A DNA stretch of 47,761 nt, taken from Granulicella sp. (lineage in GTDB: Bacteria; Acidobacteriota; Terriglobia; Terriglobales; Acidobacteriaceae). The notes below the pieces were generated by a model. It searched no databases, was not told the origin of the DNA, and was given only the letters and a program-made list of their open reading frames with translations. Made by a program: the position numbers and the translations under genes. The stretch covers positions 1-47,761 of the forward strand of contig JANYER010000161.1 in NCBI GenBank assembly GCA_025359825.1, given 5' to 3'. Positions 8,514-16,521 of the stretch are shown piece after piece (positions within the stretch are counted from its first letter, which is position 1; each line of letters opens with the position of its first letter).

Positions 8514-9674
8514 TTAAGCCTGGTGGTCCACCCCGGAAAGCCCCGCACCAATCCGGTGCGCCCTGGCCTCCACCGAAGGCGGATACGCCTCCAGCAACCC
8601 CGCCAACGCAGCCGTCACGTCACCCACTTCAACCTCATCCAACTGGTACCCCTCCGGCACATCGTCCCGGTCCTGCCCACGCAGAATCCTCACCTGAGGA
8701 ATCCCCAGCGGCAGCCACTCCAGCGGCTTCTGCCACGAAGGCCCGATCACCACCATCGGCACCCCCACCGCTCGGCCTACATGCATCGTGCCCGTATCCA
8801 GAGACACCATCGCATCGCTCATCGCCAGCAACGCCGCCAGCTCCGTCACCGACGTCCTGCCCGTCACCGAGACCCCAATCTCCCCAGCGCCCACGCGCAA
8901 CGCCTCAACCGCGGCCGAGTCCCCCGCCGTCCCCACAAACATCACGCAGCACCCCAGCACCTCGCTCGCATACCGGATCACCTCCCCAAAGCGCTCGGCA
9001 TGCCAACCCGTCCTCTGCCCGCCACTCCCCTGGGTCACCATCACAACTAGCGGCCTGCCGTCCGCATTGGCCTCCAGCACCATAGCGTCAGCTGCCGCCA
9101 CGTCTTCGGTCGAAAAATAAACCTTCGGCTCCCGATGCCCCATGTCGCACCCAACCAATGCAGCCAGCCGCAGATTGTTATCGATCAGGCTCTTGTCTGG
9201 CGCATAGTCCAGACTCCACTGATACATCTCCGGTACCAGCGTAAAGCCCCCCCGCCAGCCCCGCCGCAACAGGACACCGAGCAACGCCATGCGGCTCCGC
9301 ACGTCAGAAGCCCCGGTCAAAATGCAGTCCGGCTTCAACCCCCGACGCGTCAGCTCTGCACCCAGAAACTTTGCCGTACCCACCGTATCCACCAGCGCAT
9401 CCGGGGTCTGGATCACACCATCCACGCAAGGATTATGCCGCAACAGATCCGCTCCCAACCCACGCGTAGCCACCGTCACCACCAACCCCGGGCGGTCCGC
9501 CTTGATCGCCTCAAACAGCGGAGTCAGATGCACCAGGCACCCCAGCGGCAACCGATACTCCAGCACCAGCACACTCCGCACCGCACCCGGATCAGCTAGA
9601 AAACGCAATCCCCCCAGTAATTGTTCCACATGCATCACCCAACCCATCACCACCCGAACCATCTTCTTGACCAT
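8514..9674 (-). CDS. Glycosyltransferase family 9 (heptosyltransferase-like)
   Basis: TGRTSVTELAALL..SDAMVSLDTGTMHVGRAVGVPMVVIG is the GT9 C-terminal signature. Confidence 0.85.
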   Translation of the reverse strand: MVKKMVRVVMGWVMHVEQLLGGLRFLADPGAVRSVLVLEYRLPLGCLVHLTPLFEAIKADRPGLVVTVATRGLGADLLRHNPCVDGVIQTPDALVDTVGTAKFLGAELTRRGLKPDCILTGASDVRSRMALLGVLLRRGWRGGFTLVPEMYQWSLDYAPDKSLIDNNLRLAALVGCDMGHREPKVYFSTEDVAAADAMVLEANADGRPLVVMVTQGSGGQRTGWHAERFGEVIRYASEVLGCCVMFVGTAGDSAAVEALRVGAGEIGVSVTGRTSVTELAALLAMSDAMVSLDTGTMHVGRAVGVPMVVIGPSWQKPLEWLPLGIPQVRILRGQDRDDVPEGYQLDEVEVGDVTAALAGLLEAYPPSVEARAHRIGAGLSGVDHQA

Positions 9675-9715
9675 CGAAACTCCAACCTCATCCCGGACTG
9701 CCAGGGACTGCCCAG

Positions 9716-10231
9716 CTACATCTTGTAGCGGCCCATCTCATCGTCATTCAAATTCTCAAGCCACCGCCGCATCTCGTCAGCATTCACCGTCTGCGACCCC
9801 GACTCCGGCTGCTTCGCCCGGTCCAGCACCGCACGACTCGCAAAGATCGGGCAGTCCCACCGCAGCGCCAGTGCAATCGCATCCGACGGCCGCGCATCCA
9901 GCGTCACGCTCTCCCCCGCCTGCTCCATCCAGATCACGGCATGGAAGGTGTCCTCCCGCAACTCCGACACCACCACCTTGCGCACCACCGCGTTCAACCC
10001 CCGCGCCATGGTCTGCAGCAGGTCATGCGTCATCGGCCGCGGAGTCGCAGTTTTCTCCAACTCCAGCGCAATCGCATTCGCCTCAAAGATTCCCACCCAG
10101 ATCGGCAGCACCGTCTCGCTCGCAACGTCCTTCAGGATCACGATCGGCATATTCGTCACCGGGTCCATCATCAACCCGCGAATCTGCATCTCCACCTCAT
10201 CGCTCCCGCTGGTAACAACCGAGTCTGCCAT
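9716..10231 (-). CDS. Bifunctional nuclease family protein (DUF151)
   Basis: PIVILKD, LPIWVGIFEANAIA, RPMTHDLL, LDARPSDAIALALR. Confidence 0.92.
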   Translation of the reverse strand: MADSVVTSGSDEVEMQIRGLMMDPVTNMPIVILKDVASETVLPIWVGIFEANAIALELEKTATPRPMTHDLLQTMARGLNAVVRKVVVSELREDTFHAVIWMEQAGESVTLDARPSDAIALALRWDCPIFASRAVLDRAKQPESGSQTVNADEMRRWLENLNDDEMGRYKM

Positions 10232-10243
10232 AAACCTAAACTC

Positions 10244-11647
10244 CTATTGCAGAACAACAAACTGGTTCTTCCGCTCCGCAGGCACAAAGAACATCTCCTC
10301 CGCGACACCCGGCTCCGCTTCCAAAGCTTCACCCACCAGGCAGTTCGGCAGCGTCTTCGTAATCCGCACCGGCAGATAGCTTCCAATCGGCGGAAGCACC
10401 GCACCCAGACTCACATCCCTCGGCATCACAAAATTCACCGTCTTGTTCTGCGAACTACGCCCCACCACCTGCCCACGGACTGCGTTATGGCTCTCCACCA
10501 TGCACTCCTGTATCTGGCCCAGATGACGCCCATAGTGCTCGCGCTGAATTTCACGCTGCCGGTCCATCAGGATCTTTAGCCGCTCCGTCTTCACCGCATC
10601 CGGAATCGAGTCTGCCATCGTAATCGCCGGAGTATTCGGCCGCGGCGAAAACTTGAATGCAAATACCGCGTCATACTTCACCTGGCCCAGCAGCGTAATC
10701 GTCTCTTCAAAGTCCGCGTCCGTCTCTCCCGGAAATCCGACGATCATGTCGCTCGTGATGCTGATGTCCCGCTTCGCCCCGTGAATCCAGCTCATCCGCT
10801 CCAGATACCAGTCGCGCGTATACTCCCGCGCCATCGCCTTCAACACCGCACTCGACCCCGACTGCACCGGCAGATGGATATGGTCGCAAAGCGTCGGCGT
10901 CGCATCGATCGCCTCCACAATGTCCTTCGTAAAATCGCGCGGATGCGAAGTCGTAAACCGAACCCGTCGTACGCCGTCAATCTCACCCACCGCCACCAGC
11001 AGCTCTGCGAAACTCAGCCGCCCCGAAGGGTCACGGTACGAGTTCACGTTCTGCCCCAGAAACTGTATCTCCGTAAAACCCTCATCCGCCATCCGCCGCG
11101 CCTCTACCAGAACCGAAGCAGCCGTCCGCGACCGCTCCTTCCCTCGCGTATACGGCACCACGCAATACGCGCAGAACTTGTCGCAGCCTTCAATAATCGT
11201 GATGTACCCACGATGCGGATTGGACCGGGCCGTAAACTCCGTCTCGAACGTCTCATCCGTCTGCCGGTCATCCAGCCCCGTAATGCGCGTCTCGCCCGCC
11301 TCCAGCCGCGCCAGCATCTCCGGCAGGTTCCGGTAGCTCGCCGACCCTGCGACCAACGATACATAGGGGGCCTTCTCGAAGATCTTCTCCCCCTCCTGTT
11401 GGGCCACGCACCCGATCACAGCGAAGCGCTTCCCTTCGCCCTGCATCTTCTTATACTCATTCAGCCGGTGGAAGACCTTCTGCTCCGCCTTATCCCGGAT
11501 CGAGCAGGTGTTGTACAGAATCAACCCCGCATCCACCTCGTCCTGCACCCGAGCATAGCCCTGTCGCTCCAGCGTCCCAATCACCTTTTCGGAGTCATGG
11601 GCATTCATCTGGCAGCCAAACGTCTCAATATAAAAAGTCTTGCTCAC
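10244..11647 (-). CDS. miaB: tRNA-2-methylthio-N6-dimethylallyladenosine synthase
   Basis: TFGCQMNAHDSE, NTCSIRDKAE, radical SAM motif CDKFCAYC, FTTSHP, HLPVQSGS, IVGFPGET, C-terminal TRAM domain. Confidence 0.97.
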   Translation of the reverse strand: MSKTFYIETFGCQMNAHDSEKVIGTLERQGYARVQDEVDAGLILYNTCSIRDKAEQKVFHRLNEYKKMQGEGKRFAVIGCVAQQEGEKIFEKAPYVSLVAGSASYRNLPEMLARLEAGETRITGLDDRQTDETFETEFTARSNPHRGYITIIEGCDKFCAYCVVPYTRGKERSRTAASVLVEARRMADEGFTEIQFLGQNVNSYRDPSGRLSFAELLVAVGEIDGVRRVRFTTSHPRDFTKDIVEAIDATPTLCDHIHLPVQSGSSAVLKAMAREYTRDWYLERMSWIHGAKRDISITSDMIVGFPGETDADFEETITLLGQVKYDAVFAFKFSPRPNTPAITMADSIPDAVKTERLKILMDRQREIQREHYGRHLGQIQECMVESHNAVRGQVVGRSSQNKTVNFVMPRDVSLGAVLPPIGSYLPVRITKTLPNCLVGEALEAEPGVAEEMFFVPAERKNQFVVLQ

Positions 11648-11690
11648 CTATCCAGTATAGCCGCTGCCACAGATTGTCTCAGCACTCACC

Positions 11691-11762
11691 GTTTTGAAAG
11701 GGAGCGGCTTCAGCCGCTCCGTAAGGACCCAAAAATCAACGTGGCTTAGCCACTGAGGGAAC
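11691..11762. repeat. REP-like double-hairpin intergenic element
   Basis: gttttgaaag, perfect stem ggagcggct-tc-agccgctcc (11701-11720), A-rich spacer, then gtggct-t-agccac-tgaggga. Confidence 0.65.
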
Positions 11763-11860
11763 CTCTCCACGCAACCTGCGACTTCTCCAGCCCTCTTTAG
11801 CCGCCAAGAGAATGCCGGAGACTCAAGCAGACCGTCCCCACCATTATCCAACCCAGCCGT

Positions 11861-12004
11861 TTACTTCAGTTCATCCGAAATGTCGAGATTCTTGATCGGA
11901 GCCAGCGGTGCACGCCACGACTCATACACAAATCCCACCACTCCCGTAACCGCAAAGAGACCGCACGCTACAGCGATATAATCAATCAAATCAATATTTT
12001 GCAT
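11861..12004 (-). CDS. Putative 47-aa single-pass membrane protein (not in ORF track)
   Basis: Manual translation MQNIDLIDYIAVACGLFAVTGVVGFVYESWRAPLAPIKNLDISDELK*, with one hydrophobic segment. No clear SD sequence. Confidence 0.45.
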   Translation of the reverse strand: MQNIDLIDYIAVACGLFAVTGVVGFVYESWRAPLAPIKNLDISDELK

Positions 12005-12316
12005 AACCAATCTAGGTTAACACCGGAACCCAACCGCTGTATGCCTTGTTTTTGAATTTTAACGTGCGTTCAAACCGTGGTTAGTTTCAAATATAAGAAT
12101 CTAAACCACTTATCGAACACTTCGCTCGAATCACTTTTGCGGGATTAAACATCAAGATTATGGTTTGCGTCAGAAGCACGCCTGTCACTACAAACCTTTG
12201 GTGCCTGTCGAGTTGGCTCGCTCGTTACGGACGATCCTCAGCGCCGCTGGCATGAAACAAAGCCGCTGGCATGAAGACCAAACAGACATACTCTCTCTCG
12301 ATATTGCAGAATAGGC

Positions 12317-12352
12317 AAAAAAAGAGGGCCGACCCTTGGGAGGCTAGCCCTC
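12317..12352 (-). terminator. Intrinsic terminator
   Basis: Minus strand gagggctagcc-tcccaag-ggtcggccctc followed by a T7 tract. Confidence 0.8.
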
Positions 12353-12450
12353 GTTATTTTTGATCGAAAGAATCTCAGCGGATCGTCTACAGAAACGCTA
12401 GCCCTATCAACAAGGCACGGGCGTACCACAAAAGTGCAAGGCACCGCTAA
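12317..12450 (-). ncRNA. Candidate structured non-coding RNA
   Basis: Closing stem ttagcgg/ccgctga (12450-12444 with 12381-12375) encloses three plausible hairpins and is followed by a terminator; a TAAGTT -10-like hexamer lies at 12462-12457. Family not recognised. Confidence 0.4.
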
Positions 12451-12525
12451 CGTACAAACTTAGTTTTTTAGAGCCACGAGGTGCGAATAGATCGCTGATC
12501 GAGCTAAGGGATGGAACAGTAATTC

Positions 12526-12602
12526 TGGTAGCGCCACCGGGGCTCGAACCCGGACTCTCAGCCTTGAAAGGGCCGCGTGTTAACCAGTTACACCATGGCG
12601 CC
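12526..12602 (-). tRNA. tRNA-Glu (anticodon TTC)
   Basis: Full cloverleaf: acceptor ggcgcca/tggcgct, anticodon loop ctttcaa, T-loop ttcgagc, encoded CCA; 77 nt. Confidence 0.97.
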
Positions 12603-12683
12603 ACAACACACACAACATCCCCACACCTCAACTATATGCTGTCCGCAATCTCATCTGCGAAAAACAAAGGTCGGAAGCAGATT

Positions 12684-12760
12684 TGGTAGCGTTACCGGGG
12701 CTCGAACCCGGACTCTTCGCCTTGAGAGGGCGACGTGTTAACCAGTTACACCATAACGCC
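12684..12760 (-). tRNA. tRNA-Glu (anticodon CTC)
   Basis: Acceptor ggcgtta/taacgct, anticodon stem tcgcc/ggcga with loop ctctcaa, T-loop ttcgagc, encoded CCA; 77 nt. Confidence 0.97.
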
Positions 12761-12808
12761 AAAATCCACACACTCGCAGGAGGAATACTCTCTCCAGCGC
12801 ATTTCCAA

Positions 12809-12837
12809 AGTATAGCAAGCACTCGCCTCAAACTCAA
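12809..12837 (-). promoter_or_regulatory. Sigma70-type promoter for the tRNA-Glu pair
   Basis: Minus strand TTGAGT-N17-TATACT with a TG extension, about 50 bp upstream of the first tRNA. Confidence 0.65.
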
Positions 12838-12999
12838 CCTCATTACGCACAAAACACTCCACCAACCCGCCTCAATCCCGCTCTCATCCCGTTCCCGCTT
12901 TGCCCTTAGCTTGGACGAACAAAAGTATCAGGCACGTCCGGCAACTGCAGCCTTGCCCGGAATAAGATAAACCCCAGTCCCACACCGGAGCCCACACCC

Positions 13000-13278
13000 A
13001 TGACCCTCAAGCTCACCAACACCCGCCAGCAACTCGAAGTCGACAACGTCGACCTATCCCACTCCACCTTCAATAACGTCAACCTATCGAGCGCCGCGTT
13101 CACAGATATTAACCTTTCCGCATCCACCCTCGACAACATCAACCTCAGCGGTCTTCAGATAACCCACGCCAACCTCAAAGGCGTCTCTATCTCCGATTGC
13201 AGCCACACCGCAGAAATGACCATCGACGGCATCTCCGTAGCCGAACTCTTCACTGCCTACCGCGCCGCCTCAAAATAG
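13000..13278 (+). CDS. Small pentapeptide-repeat protein
   Basis: VDLSH STFNN VNLSS AAFTD INLSA STLDN INLSG repeats; GGAG SD upstream. Confidence 0.85.
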   Translation: MTLKLTNTRQQLEVDNVDLSHSTFNNVNLSSAAFTDINLSASTLDNINLSGLQITHANLKGVSISDCSHTAEMTIDGISVAELFTAYRAASK

Positions 13279-13353
13279 TCAGCTAAAACACATCACGCCA
13301 TACTTGACAAACTCCCGGCACAAAACGCCCCCACCACCTTAAAAGAGCCACGC

Positions 13354-13386
13354 AAAAAGAAAAGCCTGAACCCGAAGGTCCAGACT
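13354..13386 (-). terminator. Intrinsic terminator downstream of the DUF507 pair
   Basis: Minus strand agtctggacc-ttcg-ggttcaggct followed by tttcttttt; cUUCGg tetraloop. Confidence 0.75.
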
Positions 13387-13401
13387 CAACTCACATCGTT
13401 C

Positions 13402-13440
13402 GAAGACTTTGCGCAACAATGACGGAGGGGAGGGGTCACC
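13402..13440 (+). repeat. Second copy of the GAAGACTTTGCGCAAC plus G-tract motif
   Basis: Exact 16-bp match to 2848-2863, followed by ggaggggaggggtcacc. Confidence 0.7.
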
Positions 13441-13460
13441 ACCTGCAAGCCCCGGAAATC

Positions 13461-13736
13461 CTAAATCCCGAGCTTCTTAACCTCATCGTTGTAGTACTTG
13501 CGATACAGAATGTCCCATTCCTGCGAACCTTCCTGAATAATCTTTCGCTGGGACGAGATCTTCATCCGGGCAGCAGCATCGATCTTGGTCTCTTCCATCA
13601 GCAGCTTCTCCAGCGCCTTACGCGCCTCCTGCCGAATCATGTTGCGCTCTTCCAGAAAGTCCACTTGGTCGATCTCCGCCAGGGAGTCCGCCACCGTATG
13701 CGCCAGCTTGTTCAATTTATCGCGCGAAATTCTCAC
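13461..13736 (-). CDS. DUF507-family protein
   Basis: 91 aa, helical; MRISRDK start and EEtkID..AR pattern; 4-bp overlap with the upstream paralog. Confidence 0.75.
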   Translation of the reverse strand: MRISRDKLNKLAHTVADSLAEIDQVDFLEERNMIRQEARKALEKLLMEETKIDAAARMKISSQRKIIQEGSQEWDILYRKYYNDEVKKLGI

Positions 13737-14011
13737 AGCACCGCCTTATATTTGCGGGCCAGCTCGTTCTTCACTTTCTTGAACATCTCCGGATAGCTCG
13801 CGCCCGTCTTCAACATGTCCGACTGAAACGCCTCAAGAATCACCCGGACCTCATCGTTGATGCGGTCCTCCAGCGCCAGTTCCTCAATCATCGCCGCCGT
13901 CACCTGCTCATTCACTACCGCCGGGTGCGTCGTTGCGATCATCTTCTCCGCGATCAGGTGTTTCACTGTCTGACGCGCCAAATAGCCTACGTAATCTTTA
14001 GAAAAAATCAT
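13733..14011 (-). CDS. DUF507-family protein
   Basis: EELALEDRINDEVRVILE...MFKKVKNELA pattern; GAGGA SD upstream. Confidence 0.8.
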   Translation of the reverse strand: MIFSKDYVGYLARQTVKHLIAEKMIATTHPAVVNEQVTAAMIEELALEDRINDEVRVILEAFQSDMLKTGASYPEMFKKVKNELARKYKAVL

Positions 14012-14108
14012 TGACTTTCCTCTAAATATACCATGCGGACTAACCCAAATCGCTTTGCTTCCCGTCTCTTACAACTCCCCGCTCTTTTCTGAGAGAATAG
14101 ACCATTAC

Positions 14109-14573
14109 ATGCAACCCGATAACCTTATCTCGCTCAAAGACGACATGATCGCCTTCATCGCCGGCCACGGCATGAGGCGCCTCAACGGCTACGTCACCGA
14201 AGAAGTCCCCACTGTCATCTTTGAAGAAGAAAACCCCGACGGCTGGAAAGACTTCGTCGAACACGCCAAGTCCGCCAACGCCCCCTTCGTCACCATGAGC
14301 GAAGTCATCCTCGAGAAGTCCGATATCGCCATTCTGCTTGACCAGCTGCGCGAGCAGTCCTTCCCCGGCGACAGCGACTCATCTGACCTCGACGACGCCG
14401 AATACCTCGTCAATCACGTCGGCAAGGTGGGCTATCTCCAGCTCGGCTTCGCCCACCAGGGCGTCATGTTCATCTTCGAAATCGCCACCGACTGGTACGA
14501 CCGTTTCCAGGACCTCATCGAAGTCGTCTCCGACCTCGGCGGCATCATGCTCAACGATAGCGACGACGAATAG
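14109..14573 (+). CDS. Acidic hypothetical protein
   Basis: Coding-like codon usage begins at ATG 14109 (MQPDNLISLKDD); function not recognised. Confidence 0.75.
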   Translation: MQPDNLISLKDDMIAFIAGHGMRRLNGYVTEEVPTVIFEEENPDGWKDFVEHAKSANAPFVTMSEVILEKSDIAILLDQLREQSFPGDSDSSDLDDAEYLVNHVGKVGYLQLGFAHQGVMFIFEIATDWYDRFQDLIEVVSDLGGIMLNDSDDE

Positions 14574-14609
14574 CAGCCTCATCCTTACTGCCCTCAGAGC
14601 CTGCTCGCT

Positions 14610-16454
14610 ATGAACATCCCATCCAGCCAGCCCGGCTGGACTCTCCCCCAACTCGACCCTGCAACCACCGCATCGCTCGCTGCAACTCTGGGCTGCCCGC
14701 TGCCCATCGCAGCCCTCCTGCTCTCTCGCGGCATCACGGACACCGCAGCCGCCGAGCACTTCTTCCACCCGACTCTTGCCGATCTCCACTCCCCGTGGCT
14801 GATGCTCGGCATGAAGCCAGCCGTAGTCCGCATCCAGCAAGCCATCGCCGCCTCTGAGCCCATCCTCATCTACGGCGACTACGACGTCGACGGAACCACC
14901 GCCACCGTCCTGCTCAAGACCGCGATCGAGCGTAGCGCCCCTAAAGATAAACCCGCGAAGGTCACCTACCACGTCCCCCACCGCATCCGCGAGGGCTACG
15001 GCATGCAGACCGGCATCCTCACCACCGCCGCGGCCTCTGGCGTCCGCCTCGTCATCAGCGTCGACACCGGCATCCGCGCCTTCGCCGCCGCAGCCGAGGC
15101 GAAGCTACTGGGCCTTGACCTGATCGTCACCGACCACCACCTCCCCGACCAGGCCAGCGGCGTCCCCGAAGCCATCGCCGTCATCAACCCCGCCCAGCAC
15201 GACTGCCCCTACCCCAATAAGGACCTTTGCGGAGCCGCAGTAGCCTTCAAGCTGGCCCACGCCATCCTGCTCAGCGCCGCCGAGTCCTCCACTGATCCCG
15301 AAGCCGAGCTCACCCGCCTGTACACCAAGCTGCTTCCCTCCTTCCTCAAGCTGGTCGCCATCGCCACCATCGCAGACTCCGTACCGCTCACCGGCGAGAA
15401 CCGTGCCATCGTCGCCCTGGGCCTGCAGGAGCTCCGCAACCCCGTCCAGCCCGGCCTGCGCGCCCTGATGCAGGTCGCCGAGATCCCCCTCGACCGCCCC
15501 CCCACCGCCCCCGAAGTAGGCTTCCGCATTGCCCCACGCATCAACGCAGCGGGTCGCATGGACATAGCCAGCGACGTCGTCGAGCTGTTCCTCACCAGGG
15601 ACGCAGCCCGCGCTACCGAACTGGCCCAGAAGCTCGACCAGCTGAACCACGACCGTCGCGCCACTGAAGCGCACGCCCTCGCGGAGATAGAGGCCCAACT
15701 CGCCGCTATGCGCCTGCCGGACGAGTCCTACCCGATCGGTTGCATCATCCTGGACGACCCTGACTGGCACCGTGGCGTGCTGGGCATCCTCGCCTCCCGC
15801 ATCGTCGACCGCACCGGCCGCCCAGCCCTCGTCCTCATGCACGAAGACGGTCAGGCCCACGGCTCCGGCCGCTCCATCCAGGGCTTCCACCTGCTGGACG
15901 CCCTCACCGCAACCCATGCCGCGACGCCATCCGACCCCACCCTGGTCTTCACCCGCTTCGGAGGCCACGCTCACGCGGTAGGCTTCTCCCTCCCTTCCGC
16001 CAACCTCCCGCTCCTTCGTGCCCGCATGTCCACCCATGCCACCCCTATCCTCACCTCCCCACTCCTCTCCCCACCGCTGGCCTGCGACGCCGCGCTCACC
16101 CTTACCGACATCGATGAAAACTTTATGGACTGGCTGACTCGTTGCGGCCCATACGGCATCGGAAACCCGGAGCCCTTGTTCGCATCCTTCAATCTCATTC
16201 TCTCCGCGCCGGTTCGTATCCTCAAAGAAAAGCACATCTGCCTGACGCTACGCAGCGACGAATCCCCTACCACCGTCAACGCATTAGGCTGGAGTCGCCG
16301 CATCGACTGGCTACGGTTATCCGTGCAACTTTCGCTCCAACCCGGATCACGCGTCAATATTGTTTACAAGCTCAAGCAAAAATCGAATCGTCTCTACCCG
16401 GGACTCGATTTGGAGTTGGTAGACCTTCACTTAGCGACACCCGGCACCCCGTAA
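14610..16454 (+). CDS. recJ: ssDNA-specific exonuclease RecJ
   Basis: IYGDYDVDG, PHRIREGYG, ISVDTG, IVTDHH, IATIADSVPL, APRINAAGR, GSGRS, FGGHAHAVG. Confidence 0.97.
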   Translation: MNIPSSQPGWTLPQLDPATTASLAATLGCPLPIAALLLSRGITDTAAAEHFFHPTLADLHSPWLMLGMKPAVVRIQQAIAASEPILIYGDYDVDGTTATVLLKTAIERSAPKDKPAKVTYHVPHRIREGYGMQTGILTTAAASGVRLVISVDTGIRAFAAAAEAKLLGLDLIVTDHHLPDQASGVPEAIAVINPAQHDCPYPNKDLCGAAVAFKLAHAILLSAAESSTDPEAELTRLYTKLLPSFLKLVAIATIADSVPLTGENRAIVALGLQELRNPVQPGLRALMQVAEIPLDRPPTAPEVGFRIAPRINAAGRMDIASDVVELFLTRDAARATELAQKLDQLNHDRRATEAHALAEIEAQLAAMRLPDESYPIGCIILDDPDWHRGVLGILASRIVDRTGRPALVLMHEDGQAHGSGRSIQGFHLLDALTATHAATPSDPTLVFTRFGGHAHAVGFSLPSANLPLLRARMSTHATPILTSPLLSPPLACDAALTLTDIDENFMDWLTRCGPYGIGNPEPLFASFNLILSAPVRILKEKHICLTLRSDESPTTVNALGWSRRIDWLRLSVQLSLQPGSRVNIVYKLKQKSNRLYPGLDLELVDLHLATPGTP

Positions 16455-16521
16455 CTGCCTGAATCAAAAACTTCTGCTTCGTTTTCTGCCCAGCAGCGTC
16501 CTATATACTGACTGAAATCAG

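Noticed and set aside
11800-12520. Prophage or integrative element at tRNA-Glu
   Set aside because: AT-rich, but no integrase fragment or duplicated tRNA 3' end could be seen.
12407-12970. ORFs 12407-12631, 12628-12852 and 12683-12970
   Set aside because: They overlap the two tRNA-Glu genes and are spurious.
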